DNA of 64,000 nucleotides, from the NCBI GenBank assembly GCA_963735595.1, contig CAVTLK010000005.1, forward strand, positions 877,711 through 941,710, read 5' to 3'. Positions 42,806 to 54,575 of this stretch are shown one piece after another. The notes under the pieces were generated by a model, which saw only the letters and a program-made list of their open reading frames with translations, did not search any database and was not told where the DNA came from. Made by a program: the position numbers and the translations under genes. The DNA comes from an uncultured delta proteobacterium (GTDB lineage Bacteria; Desulfobacterota; Zymogenia; Zymogenales; Zymogenaceae). Each line of letters starts with the position of its first letter. Within the stretch, counting starts at the first letter, position 1.

Positions 42806-45027
42806 TCATTCAAACATCGAAAACTGTACTGTACCCTTTTTCTCCTCTTTCAAAATAGACTCAACCTCATCGGCTTTGATGGCTACCCGCTTTGCTCCCT
42901 TTTTCTGTTTCCCCGTGAAGGTCAGGAAGTCCACATAGACAACCCTGTCGGAATCGGGCTCTGCTACGATGTGTTCTTCGGTGGTATCTCCGAATTCGTT
43001 GATCTCCGCGACTTCTTCGACCGCATCAGTAGCCCTATAGACAGCGTTCTTCTCGTTGAGCTTCCTCCAGATGTTCTCCGCTCCTTCGCCGGAGATCCCC
43101 TCCATCAAGTGTCTTGGCTAGAGCGGTCGTCATGTCCTCGCCCGATGTCATCGCCAGGAGTCCTTCCTCTGAAAACTTCCCTTCGATGGCAAGGGACGCT
43201 TCCATCTTCTTTCCCATGAGCTGCATTGCCCGTTCCTGCATCGTCCCGGCATAGAAGAGATAGTAGACTTTCACCGGCTTCTTCTGCCCGATCCGCCACG
43301 ATCTCCTTGACGCCTGCCTCAAGGTGAAGACCGAATACCCCGTCTGATAGAAGATCAGCGTCGGGAAGTCGTAGAGGTCAAGCCCCGTCTGAACCAGCTT
43401 CGGATTGGCGATGATCACTTGGATTCCCTGTCTTACCTTCTCCTTCACCCATTCCTCCCGTTTCTCCGGGTCCACCGTAGATCGCATCACCTCGGCCCGA
43501 AAACCCTTCTCAGAGAGGAGATTTTTCAGCCTTACTGTTACGTCCTTTGTCGCGGTAAACTGGCAGTAGACGAACGTTTTGCGGCCTTCCTTGACCTCCC
43601 TCGTGATGAGCTCGATCAGCTCCCGCTCCTTGGCGTAGGTGAAGTCCTTTGGAAGCTCCCTCGGCAGGGCAATCGGTTTGGTCGGATTGCGGGGATCGAC
43701 GATGACCTCGTTGTCGAACGGCCGGTCGGGATAGGAGAGGAGGGTATTGATGTAGGTCCCAAGCAGTGCCTTACTTCCCTTCGCCAGGGCTTCCCTCACG
43801 GCCTTCTTGAGATCATCCTCAACCTCGGAATATGCCTCCTTCAGTTCCTCATCCATCCTGACGACAACTACCTGTTCGGTGATCGGGGGCAGGTTCGTGG
43901 CGATATCCGTAAGGTGCAAAAAGGCGGTCTTCTCCATCAGGTGCTGGGAAAAGACGAGGGGAGAGATCCCCGGCTTCCTCTTGACGCTGGTCGATACCTT
44001 CTTGCCCCGCGAGCACACATTATCCTCAGCAGAATACCTCGTTACCGTCTCAAGGACTCCGTATCGGGCGATCCAGTTGGATACCCTCCGGTATTCGATG
44101 TCCTCCTCCTTCATGGTATGGGGCGATATCCGGTAGAGGATGTAGAAGATATCGTCGGCGTATCCTCCCACTACCGTTCCGGTAAGCGTGATGACCTTCT
44201 TACAGGCCGAAGCCAAAGCGCCGAAGGCGTTACCCTGGGCGGTGTCCCCTCCCTTCAACTCATGCACCTCGTCACAAATCAGGAAATCGTAGTACCCATT
44301 GAGGTACTTCTTGATGTACTCGGCGACCGCAAACCTCCTCAGCTTATCCTTATCCGCCTGCCAGAGGGGAGACGTGCATGACCGGCAGTATCTCCGGTTT
44401 CTCTTGAGGTAGTCGAGGCCCGCCGGATTACCGTCGCCGTCAATGATCAGTTCTCCGCATCCGGGGCAGTAGTAGTCCAGCCTTTGACCTGCTCTTGATA
44501 TATACCGGCCTCCAGGCGTAGGAGAGCTTTGCCCGGTCCTTGCTGATGATGTAATACTCGGGTCTCTTGTTCTTCTTTCCCCTCTCGATCTTCATCACGT
44601 CTTCGAGGCTTCTCAGGATGATGGATTGGGCGTCCGGTATCGTCTCCTTTACTTCACGAGCCCACTTCTGGGTGAGGTGTCCGGGGCACATGATGAGGAC
44701 CCGCGGGCTCCTCCCGTGATTGGTGAAGATATAGGGCACCGAGGCACCGATGAGGCTCTTTCCGGTCCCCATCTCTCCCACCACCATCGCGGACTTCTGT
44801 TTCTTCAAGACCTCGATGAGCCCCATGATGGTGTCGCCCTGGGCCTGAAAGGGCTTCCTCAAGAGGGTATCCAGTCTCTGATCCCACGTAGTTCCCGGCA
44901 CAAACAGAGGCTCCGCCTCGTCCTGAATCTTTCCGGCAAGGAGAGGGCCGTACTTGGTCAGGTAGCCGGTGATGTCGTTGACCTCTCCCGATAACGAAAT
45001 GTTCTCTTCAAAATCCGATGTCTCCAT
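42806..45027 (-). CDS. SNF2/DEAD-like helicase of ICE type, frameshifted
   Basis: VGEMGTGKS, (D)EVHELK, TLTGT, VQTGLDL, QASRRSWRIGQ. Confidence 0.85.
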
Positions 45028-45556
45028 GCTTCACTCCCTCCGATATGATTGAATCGAGTTGATTCTCGCTCGTCCTCAATCTGAGGACTTTGGTTGTTCC
45101 CGACAGCTCCTCTACTGCCTCGTTCTCTTTGAGACGGGCATAGATCCACCCCGCCCATTGGGACAGTGCCGGCACGGAAAAGGTCGCCCTGATGGTATTG
45201 AAAAGGATCTCCTCCGTCTTTTCTCCTTCCGGGACGAATACCATCACCGGGCCTTGTTCTCTCCCGAAAAAGAGCTCCGAGAGCACGATCTGGTGGAGCA
45301 TCCCCGAGCCGAGCCGTGAGCTCATGATCCGGTTCTTGTGGTAGTAGGGAGCCGATAACTCAAGGATATCGTTTTCCCTCTCGATCCGGACGTTCATCCC
45401 CCGTACCACGGCTGCCGACAAGCCCTTGACGGCGCTATCCTGCCCGACGATGGACAGGAGATAGAGCAGGCTGTACTGATCGTAGGCGTAGCCGTCGGTA
45501 TGCGCCTCGATGTGGACGTTCCTTGAGTAGTCGGTCATCATGACTTTCTGAAGCAT
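45008..45556 (-). CDS. hypothetical protein between methyltransferase and helicase
   Basis: 182-aa ORF translationally coupled in the operon. Confidence 0.6.
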   Translation of the reverse strand: MLQKVMMTDYSRNVHIEAHTDGYAYDQYSLLYLLSIVGQDSAVKGLSAAVVRGMNVRIERENDILELSAPYYHKNRIMSSRLGSGMLHQIVLSELFFGREQGPVMVFVPEGEKTEEILFNTIRATFSVPALSQWAGWIYARLKENEAVEELSGTTKVLRLRTSENQLDSIISEGVKHGDIGF

Positions 45557-45574
45557 CGCTTTCCTCCTTTCCTC

Positions 45575-46591
45575 TCACATGAGGGTGATGATGTCTCCCT
45601 CCCTCGTGAGGATCTTGATGGTTACCTGATACGACTCGACCTGATGTTCTTCGGTGACCTTGTCCTTCACCTCCTGATAGGTCTGGACGACCTTTGCCAC
45701 CTTGCCCCGGACGATGTGTCTCTCGTCCCCTTCACCCACCAGGCCGTCGAGACAGCCGGAGGCCAGGAGTAGCCCCAGGTGTCCCGAATGGAGCGGGAGG
45801 GGTGGTCTCTTGAGCTTCGCGTTCTTCCTCGAAAACATCTCGTTCAGCCTCTTCCAAACGGGCGAGTTTCTGACTTCCCGTTCCAGCTCCTCAAGCTCGA
45901 CGACGCTCGACCTGAAAAGAGGTGATCTCATCACCGGTTGGGACTTCATAGACATCCCCGGCCATGACCGGTATCTCGTCGAGGGCAAAGCCCGGCACCT
46001 GGGCGAGGTTCAGGTATTCGGTCTCGTCCGGCTCCGTGTTCCTTTTCTTTCTCCCCATGACGACGATCTGTTTGTACCCTTCATATTCTCCGTCCATGAA
46101 GCGATAGACCTGGATGTTCTCGAACTTCGAGCTGAGGGTTTTGGCGATCGATTTGTCAAGTCTCGATTGGGGGATGATGTAGACGAGTATCCCTCCGACT
46201 TTGAGGTACTTGATGGTATTGATGAGAAAGGTCTTTTCCTTCCTCTCGGTCATTCTCTCTACGTTATCTCCCATCGTCTCGAAGTCGTAGGGCGGGATTG
46301 AGCCAGAGGATCGAAAAGGCGTTGTTGCTGATCCGGGCCTCCTCGTATCCGCAGGCAAGGACATGATCGAGGTTTGACTTTGCCTCTTCCGCTCTCTTCT
46401 TGTCCAGCTCGATTCCGTAGGTCTCCGCATGACATCCTCGAACCAGCTTCTTCACCGCCAGCCCTTCGCCGCAGCAGGGGTCCAGGATCGTCGACCTTCT
46501 TTTCCGGTAACTTCAGGAATGACCTCACCCGTTCAACGACGCTCAAAGGCGTCGGGTAGTATCCCATCTTGATCTGACCTTCAAGTCTCAT
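45575..46591 (-). CDS. DUF6094-like adenine methyltransferase, frameshifted
   Basis: KMGYYPTP, DPCCGEG, YGIELD, L(N)PPY, KQIVVMG, RPPLPL..GHLGLLLASG.LDG. Confidence 0.75.
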
Positions 46592-46655
46592 AGTGTTCTC
46601 CTCAAAACGAAAAGGGCCGGAAAAGCCCGGCCCCCTTCTCGAAAAAGGTTGATAA

Positions 46656-46796
46656 TCAGGCGACGATCTGCTCGGCGTAGTATTCAAGCTCCATCTCGTC
46701 CCCGCAGTTGAGGCACACCATCAGCGTCCCTTCGTCCCTCTCGGATAAGATCCAGTTGACCGATCCGCACTTCGTGCACACTGGTTCGCCACACAT
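46656..46796 (-). CDS. 46-aa zinc-ribbon protein
   Basis: CTKCG...CLNCG; AGGAGG RBS. Confidence 0.55.
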   Translation of the reverse strand: MCGEPVCTKCGSVNWILSERDEGTLMVCLNCGDEMELEYYAEQIVA

Positions 46797-47720
46797 ATCT
46801 TCCTCCTGAAAATAAAAAAACGGGCCGAAGCCCGTCTCCAAAAGAACGCTGTCCTGATAATTAGCTCTTTCTTCTTTCCCTGATTTCTTTCAGATACTCC
46901 AGTCCCTTGTCGAGGATCGCCGCGTTGATCTCGAACTCCTCGATCAGCTTTTTCCGAGCTTCCCTGGTATTCGCTTTGTTGATCTCGTTTCTCTTGATGA
47001 TGAGCGCGATGATCCCCAGGGCGAATTTGTCCTGGATACTTCTTTGATAACAACACCACCATCACCTCCTTCCAGAAAAACAAAAAGCGGACTATGAAAG
47101 TCCGCTTCCATGCGGTGAGATCGCTCCCACCAATTCCTATATTTCTATTTCTACAGGCTCTAAATGCCTGAAATAACTGAAACCCCTTTGCTCTCATCCT
47201 CGATTGCCGAGGCAGGGTTTTATCCGATTGGATGTTTCTTCATTATTTAAGAGTGGTAACTCCTATATAAAGGTTTCGGTTTGAAGTAAGTATTTTTTGA
47301 TCCAAGTAGAAATTACTTTCCTGAGATTGCGAAAAGATCTGATTGTTCGGTAGTAGGTCGGTTTGAATCGCGCGCCCATTTTTGGCCAAAGACCTCAATT
47401 TAACCGTTGAATCACCGTCCCCGAAAGCTAAGTTCATAGATTTCATAAGTGGGGTGGTGTCTAAGGTATATTCGATTAAATGTGGGATGGAACAAAAGAC
47501 GTCTTTTTAGAATCTGAACGAACGTGGTTCGATTAGCAATGGAATTTGGGGTAAAAGTGGTTATATTATACGTGGGATAACGCCAAGGTGCCAAGCTATC
47601 CCACTATTAATTAACCCTGTAGTAATATCAAGGACTTACATTCGGAAAAGTCATTGACAAGTTGTAAACTTGTGGGATATGATGTTTCCGGTATATCGGA
47701 AAAGGGTGGAGGTGAGTAAA

Positions 47721-48168
47721 ATGGGACTCACAGCGAAGAATATAGCAGAATACTTTTTGATGAAAACCAACAATGAAACTGGTGAATCTCTTTCTAATAT
47801 GAAAATTCAGAAACTGGCTTTATTATGCTCAAGGTTTCCATCTTGCAAAATATGATTCTCGCTTATTCAATGAAGAAATAAAAGCATGGCCTTATGGTCC
47901 AGTAATTAGAAGTATTTATGATGAATATAAGAAATACCGCTCTGGAGCTGTTAAGCCACCGGAAAATGGTATTGACATCAAAAAGTATACAAAAGAGATA
48001 AGAGAACTTCTCGAAGATATTTGGGATGTATACGGACAATATTCAGCTTTTAAATTATCAGAATTTACCCATCAAGAAGAACCCTGGAAAGAGGCCTTCG
48101 ACAAGAGACCGGGGAGCACTATATCGGAAGAAACCATGAAAGCCTATTTCAAGACTCAATTGGTTTAG
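47721..48168 (+). CDS. Panacea (DUF4065/SocA/GepA) antitoxin, frameshifted near 47817
   Basis: SNMKIQKL / YYAQGFH...F.EEIKAWPYGPV...L...THQEEPW motifs. Confidence 0.85.
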
Positions 48169-48659
48169 TGTGTATGGGTAAGCGGGTTAAGGGGAAACAA
48201 GGGAAAGAGCAGGGACAAATCGTTAAGGTTCCAAAAGTCAGAGTGGAGGACTGCAACAAGCGGACTCCACTTTTTTGCATGGAGTATATGACAGACGATA
48301 GGTATGATTTGAATTGCTGTGATGATGTCGCGAGAGAAGCGTTTTTTGATGCCCTAAAAAGGAGATGCGTGTTAACGTGGAATGATATAAATCAACAGGG
48401 AAGGACCGAATTAGGCACAGAAATTATTCCACCCAAAAAGATAAAAATAGATATACCACACAATTTCGGCCCAAACTTGGGTTTAAATATTCTTTCTTTA
48501 CACACCAAAGGAAAAACAAAGAATCGTATTATGGGAGTTAGAATGGGAGAGTATTCCATATATTTTGGTACGATCCTGATGGAAATATTTACCCACACGA
48601 TGGAAAAAACCGATAAAAATCTCTCCCCTCCAGTCTATTTTTATTCTTGTATTGCTTGA
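48168..48659 (+). CDS. putative toxin partner of the Panacea antitoxin
   Basis: Coupled downstream; LTWNDI...GTEIIP...RIMG pattern reminiscent of RelE-like toxins; C-terminus possibly frameshifted. Confidence 0.55.
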   Translation: MCMGKRVKGKQGKEQGQIVKVPKVRVEDCNKRTPLFCMEYMTDDRYDLNCCDDVAREAFFDALKRRCVLTWNDINQQGRTELGTEIIPPKKIKIDIPHNFGPNLGLNILSLHTKGKTKNRIMGVRMGEYSIYFGTILMEIFTHTMEKTDKNLSPPVYFYSCIA

Positions 48660-48680
48660 CCGGTCATGCTACAATAAGCC

Positions 48681-48896
48681 ATGACAAAGAAGAAAACCCC
48701 AATTGATATTAATCAGCTCGCTAAATTCATCACCGATCAAGTGACAGAAGAGAAGCCAGTCGAAGAAGACTTACCGGCAAAAGAAAAGAATCCCGCTGCC
48801 GTAGCTCTCGGAAGGCTGCGGGGGCTAAAAGGTGGAAAGGCAAGATCAGAGAAACTTAAATACGCTTTCTGGTGGACCGGCGTGAGTAGATGTTAG
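48681..48896 (+). CDS. small basic IS-associated protein
   Basis: DINQLAK...KNPAAVALGRL.GLKGGKAR..KL motif. Confidence 0.6.
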   Translation: MTKKKTPIDINQLAKFITDQVTEEKPVEEDLPAKEKNPAAVALGRLRGLKGGKARSEKLKYAFWWTGVSRC

Positions 48897-49724
48897 TTAA
48901 ATTGGTCGACTTCTCGTACATTACCGTCGATCTGCAATGTGCTATACGTGATGACATATCGTCTTAGGGATTTATTCCTGTCCACAAACTGGCGGAGACA
49001 TTTGATTGATTCTGGACAAGGCACGTTACTTAACTTAAAAGAGTGGCTAACAAAGATTTCCACTGGATCGCTCTGGATATTCCGGCTCTATTCGATTGCA
49101 AGACTAAGGAAATTGTGAATCCGGGCTAACATCTTGAGAGGCGTTATTCGCGCAGGTAGTGTTTTGAGCACGCAAGAAGTCAGATAGACTAGTTCAAGAT
49201 GGGGTATTAAATAACTGCCATTAATCCGGAGATCTCGTCACGAACCCATGCCCCCAATAGGCCAAGAAAAAGAAAGCCACCCGATCGTCAGATATACCAG
49301 CAAGAATGGCCTCATGCATTCATCGAGCCATGCAAGTCGAAGCGTAATGCTGTCACCAGAGGTTTGCGAGGTATGTGAAAAGTGGCATCGTATGGATATT
49401 ATCGTTTTGAATCCACTCATCAGAGACTACTTCAGAATGAATATTCGGGAAACTATCCATCTCCCCGGAGGCCTTCACTTATAAGCAGCGCTTCAAAATT
49501 TGGCCCATGTGTAATATCACCCTGAGACTCGCAAAGGTGAGGTCCGACAAGAGCTTTTGATGTTAAAGATGAAACATTACATGCTTAGTAAAGAAATGTA
49601 GTGATGAAGAAATCTGGATATACACAGTTGGCCTATAGAGACAACATGACCAAACGTATCTAGTATTCATTAATACATTTGAATAAATCAGAATGAAAGA
49701 TGCCTCAAGAATTATCTGAAATTT

Positions 49725-50162
49725 ATGGATCTCCAGTGTAAGAAAGTCCAGTGCGATGAGATTTGGGCCTTCTGTTATGCAAAAGAAAAAAACGTGCCGG
49801 AAGATAAAAAGGGTCATTTCGGGTATGGTGACGTTTGGACGTTTACGGCTATTTGTGCGGATTCTAAACTCGTTCCCACTTGGCACATTGGAAGGCGCGA
49901 CATAGAGAATGCGACGCTCTTCATGAATGATTTGGCCGGTAGACTGGCAAATAGAGTGCAATCAACTACAGACGGTCATCGGATGTACTTAGAGGCCGTG
50001 GAAGATGCTTTCGGGTCCGAAGTCGATTATAGCCAGCTCGTCAAAATATATGGTACATCTCCCAAAGCCGAAAAGAGATATAGCCCCACTCAATGCAACG
50101 GTGCGGAGAAGCATAGAATCAGTGGGAACCCGGACAGCGAGAACGTATCCACGAGTTATTGA
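49725..50162 (+). mobile_element. IS1-family DDE transposase fragment
   Basis: QCDEIWAFC..KEKN, GDVWTFTAI.ADSKL, TTDG..Y, DYSQLVKIYG; truncated at both ends. Confidence 0.75.
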
Positions 50163-50235
50163 CCTGCCCGCTCCATCCTAACCGAAAACTATATAAACCC
50201 GTTCATCTTACCATTCCCATGAAGGAGTGGTAACA

Positions 50236-50679
50236 ATGGAGCACTACTATATCTCAAAACTGGAAATGATCCTTGGGGGTCAGTTGAAAGAGACAGAATC
50301 AGAAAACTATAAAAGCACCAACGACATAGACATCCTTGAAAGCCTTTTGAGACAGAGCCCCGAGAATCTGAAGCAAACCATCGACCTTTTATACGCCCAG
50401 ATAGAGGAACGGGAGAAGATAAAACACAAGACCCTTTACGAGCTTCAGGACCAGATCATGAAGGTCCAGTGCCTGATCAGTCGTGCGTCATACGGATATG
50501 AAAAAAGCCCTTTCACCAAATCAATCTTAGACAAAGCGTGGATAGACCTGGAGCAAGAGAAGTTGAAGGAGGAGATCAACTCATTCAAGGATGTATCTTA
50601 TCTCAACACACGGCTTGTCTATATGATCGGAAAATACAAGGAGGAAAAAGGCAAACATGACCTGATAAAGAAAAAATGA
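50236..50679 (+). CDS. helical/coiled-coil hypothetical protein
   Basis: RBS; ATGA overlap with the Cas4-like gene. Confidence 0.6.
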   Translation: MEHYYISKLEMILGGQLKETESENYKSTNDIDILESLLRQSPENLKQTIDLLYAQIEEREKIKHKTLYELQDQIMKVQCLISRASYGYEKSPFTKSILDKAWIDLEQEKLKEEINSFKDVSYLNTRLVYMIGKYKEEKGKHDLIKKK

Positions 50680-51317
50680 AACTGATACCGTTAATCGATA
50701 CCCTTCTGGAATCACGGGAAGAGAGCCGGAACGATACGAGAGACTACTTCCACATCAGCGAGGTAGACAAATGCCCCCGGGCGATATTCTACAAGATGAA
50801 GGGATACCTCGGAGAGAAGTTCAAGGCCGACATGTACCGGAAGCTCGACAACGGGGATTACGTCCACAAGCGGATCATGTCGATCCTGGTGAGCCTCGGC
50901 ATCGTCGTCGCCTCGGAGATCAGGATACCGGAGAGCAACCTCTTCCACGGAAGGGCCGACGCCATCGTCACTATCGACAACGAGCTTTACGTCCTTGAGA
51001 TCAAGTCCATGAACCGATACGCCTTCGACAAACTCGAAGCGCCCGACCCCGCCCACCTGAAACAGATCCAGCTCTACATGCACTACTTCAATATCAACAA
51101 GGGGATCATCCTTGTCGAGAATAAGGACAGCCAGGAGATGAAGGAATTCATCGTCACCAGAGACGATAGAATACTCAACGAGATATTCATCTCCTTCGGC
51201 ATCCTGAAAGAGATGACCCAGGCCAACACCATCCCCCCAAAACCCAATTTCAATCGGGATGAGAAATGGAGGTGCGACTACTGCCCGTACCGGAAAGTCT
51301 GCGCTCAACATGATTGA
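50676..51317 (+). CDS. solo Cas4-like PD-(D/E)XK nuclease with Fe-S cysteines
   Basis: CPR, GDYVH, GRAD, LEIKS, QIQLY and C-terminal CDYCPYRKVC. Confidence 0.8.
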   Translation: MKLIPLIDTLLESREESRNDTRDYFHISEVDKCPRAIFYKMKGYLGEKFKADMYRKLDNGDYVHKRIMSILVSLGIVVASEIRIPESNLFHGRADAIVTIDNELYVLEIKSMNRYAFDKLEAPDPAHLKQIQLYMHYFNINKGIILVENKDSQEMKEFIVTRDDRILNEIFISFGILKEMTQANTIPPKPNFNRDEKWRCDYCPYRKVCAQHD

Positions 51318-53295
51318 TGTCAACGAGTGTCTCAGGAGATTGGAACCGGTCCTCGGAGAGAGGGCGGATAAGCTCTGGCTCATCTACCTGGCGTCAGACT
51401 TTGAACAGAAGAGAAAGATCGAGGAGATCATCAGGATACTCTGCGAGCGGCACCTAAACCAGGACTACAAGGAACGAGAGAAGATATTCCTTCCTCCCCC
51501 ACCCAAAAAGATCGCCGATGGAGATTACAGGGTCGGAGGTGTGTTATATCCGGAGGGCTTGTACTGTCCCTTCGGGATCAGAGAAGAAGAGTGGATACAG
51601 CATATCGGCATCTTCGGGAGATCGGGGAGCGGGAAGACCAACGTCGCCTACGTCATCATCAACGAGCTGAAGAAGAAACAAAAGCCGTTTCTCATCTTCG
51701 ACTGGAAGAAGAACTATCGGGGCCTGATGGGAGAGGATGATTATAAGGACATCCTCGTCTTCACCGTCGGCACAGGGACCTCGCCCTTCTTTTTCAATCC
51801 CCTCATCCCCCCACCCGGTACGCCGCCGAAGGTCTGGCTGAAAAAGCTCGTCGAGATCACCGCGCATTCGTTTTTCCTCGGGGCCGGGGTCATGCACCTG
51901 CTCCAGAACGCGATAGACTTCTCCTACAAGAAATACAACGTCTACGACGGCAACCCCGAGCGGTATCCCACCTTCCGGGATATCCAGGAGTATATCGACA
52001 AGATGAGGACACGGGGAAGGGAGATGCTCTGGCACGCCTCCGCGAAAAGGGCGCTGGGGAGCCTCACCTTCGGGCCGATGGATGAGGTGGTGAACAGTCC
52101 CGTCTCGTTTTCCATCGAGGAGCTGCTTGAGTAGAGATATCGTCCTGGAGCTTGACGCCATGACCGACGACTGCAAGACGTTTTTCATCGAGGCGCTTCT
52201 GCTCTGGATACACCACTACCGGATGCACGAGGGCAAGCGGGAGGAGTTCAAGCACGCCATCATCATCGAGGAGGCCCACCATATCCTGCTCAAGAAGAAA
52301 CAGCAGGCCGAGGGAGGCGAGGCGATCACCGACGTGGTATTGAGGGAGATCAGGGAGCTGGGGGAGTCCATCATCCTGATAGACCAGCACCCGTCGCTCA
52401 TCAGTGTCCCGGCCCTCGGGAACACGAACATCACCATCGGCATGAACCTGAAGCACGGGGCCGACGTGAGCGCCCTTGTCAACGCGATGCTGCTGACCAA
52501 AGACCAGTATCATTACCTCGGGATGATCGAGGTCGGCAAGGCGATCGTGAAGATACAGAGCAGGTATCCGAATCCATTTCTGGTATCGTTTCCCTGGGCC
52601 AAATCTCAGCGGAAAATCTCAAACGAGGACATCAAGGAGCGGATGGAGGGATTTTACAGGAAATACAGCCTGAAAAAGCTCGAACGCCAGAGACAGAAGG
52701 AGATATCGGTTTCATCCCATTATGATCTCTCCCCCCAGGAGCGGGATTTCCTGATCGATGTTTTCACCAATCCCTTTTCCAGCATGTCCGAGAGATACAA
52801 GCGGCTCGGCTTCAACAACCGCCTCGGGAACCAGATCAAGGACTGCCTGATCAAGAAAGGGGCTCTTCAATCCCGTCGATATCTCCGTCAGGAACGGGAG
52901 GATAAAGCTCCTCGACCTCACCGAGAAAGGAGCCACGATTCTTATCCAGATGGGCTACTCAGCGAAAGCCCCAAAAGGGCGAAGGCGGCATCGAGCACGA
53001 GTACTGGAAGAAGAAGATCGGTGATCAATACCGGAAGAAGGGATACGAGGTCTTCGAGGAATACGAGATCGGCAAAGGAAAGAAGGTTGACCTGTTCGCC
53101 AAGAAAGGCGACGAGAGGATCGTCATCGAGATAGAGACGGGGAAGTCGGATATCGAGGAGAATGTCAGGAAGGTGTCAGGGCTTGATTGTCAGGTGGTGT
53201 TCTATGCGGTGAATGGGGAGGTGGAGGGGAGGATAAGGGAGATTGTAGAAAAGGAGAATTCCGGAAATATTAAAACCCGGAAGGTTGGCATTTGA
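51310..53295 (+). CDS. HerA/VirD4-like (DUF87) ATPase with C-terminal wHTH and PD-(D/E)XK-like domain, frameshifted
   Basis: GRSGSGKT, IIIEEAH, IRELGESIILIDQ; tail GGIEHEYW...VDLFA...IVIEIETGKS. Confidence 0.8.
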
Positions 53296-53323
53296 GTTCA
53301 GAGGTGCGTATCGCGCCGCATTT

Positions 53324-53701
53324 CTAGGAGTTGTCAAGACAAGTTAATCTTGACACTCGAAAGAAACACGCGTAGTCATCAGCATCGACAACATCGAGAA
53401 ACTTTTCAATTGATGGAACGGTTGGGACGGGTTTATACCCGTGCCACTTGAGATCGGCTCGTCGCCAATAAACCTTCCACACGTTTTGTGTCTTGACGTA
53501 GGTGGCTTTGGCGAATGGGTGCTCGTGGATCATGCTTGGATCGTCCCATCAGGACGTATTTCGAAAAGCTCGACGCTGTATCCCGAAAGCCTGTACCCTA
53601 AATCCAGTTGCTTTCGGATGTGTGCAGGAGGTCGCCTTTTGGCGAAAAAAGGCAGATAGCGCTTTCTCGATTCTTTTTAATTCAAGTTCGTTAAATGCCA
53701 T
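53324..53701 (-). CDS. DUF3024-like protein, frameshifted
   Basis: FAKATYVKTQNVWKVYWRRADLKWHGY.P. Confidence 0.7.
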
Positions 53702-53834
53702 AGGATTTTCGAGCTCCCTAAAATCCTTGGTAAACTTCGTCAAGGTGTTTTTTGTATAATACATCTTACCAAAAAGACCGTGATACTTCTCTTATTAACT
53801 CGTCACCTGTCAACACTTTTAATGACTAGGGTAC

Positions 53835-54437
53835 CTAAGGTATTGGAGGGATAGGTACTTCCCTATTTGCTATGGCCTTTTTGACTTCTCTGAAGGCCCG
53901 TAAACAGAGGATCGAAAGATTCCAGTCCTTTAGAGTATACTTTTGCGACTCTAAATCAGATACAAGATAGAGATGGATATTTGACCTTCTTTGACGGAGC
54001 TTTTCTAGAGCATCACAGCATTTCTCATCAACTCCGTATTTCTTGAGCTTGGGAATATTCTTGCTATGTTTCTTGCCAGGTTCTTCATTGAATTGAATCA
54101 GTAAGTCCCTAGCAATAGCTTCAACTATCATATTGACTAGGATAATCCCGGTCTTATACAGATAGCCTTCGACGCTGGCGTATAGGTTAAAACGGTTTAT
54201 GATCCAACGATAAAAGTCCAACGCTTCTATCGCGTAACATACATTTCGGCGTATTGTAGAGTTCCCAATAAAGCTATATTCGGAGAGTAGTTCATTTACA
54301 GTCCGTACCACGCCTCCCGGGACCTTTATTTCTGTTCGATCTTCCTGGGACAGAAGTCCCTGCAATTCTTTCATTGCGCTAGCTATTTGATCTGTTAATT
54401 CGCGTATCTTTTCTTCCTTGTCCATTTGCCTGCTCAT
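53835..54437 (-). CDS. hypothetical protein with a possible HEPN RxxxxH motif
   Basis: Helical; EA....and LRQRRSNIH. Confidence 0.5.
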   Translation of the reverse strand: MSRQMDKEEKIRELTDQIASAMKELQGLLSQEDRTEIKVPGGVVRTVNELLSEYSFIGNSTIRRNVCYAIEALDFYRWIINRFNLYASVEGYLYKTGIILVNMIVEAIARDLLIQFNEEPGKKHSKNIPKLKKYGVDEKCCDALEKLRQRRSNIHLYLVSDLESQKYTLKDWNLSILCLRAFREVKKAIANREVPIPPIP

Positions 54438-54575
54438 GGAAACTAATACAGCTTTTGAGGTACTATATTATTCCTTCATAGTTCCATCTGCTAGAATCAT
54501 GGTTATTTCGACTTAGGCCAATTCAAAACGGCCCATATCGCCTCCAGATACTCGGCATCAACCTAATTTACCCTT

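Noticed and set aside
43419..44381. 320-aa + strand ORF
   Set aside because: Antisense shadow of the helicase
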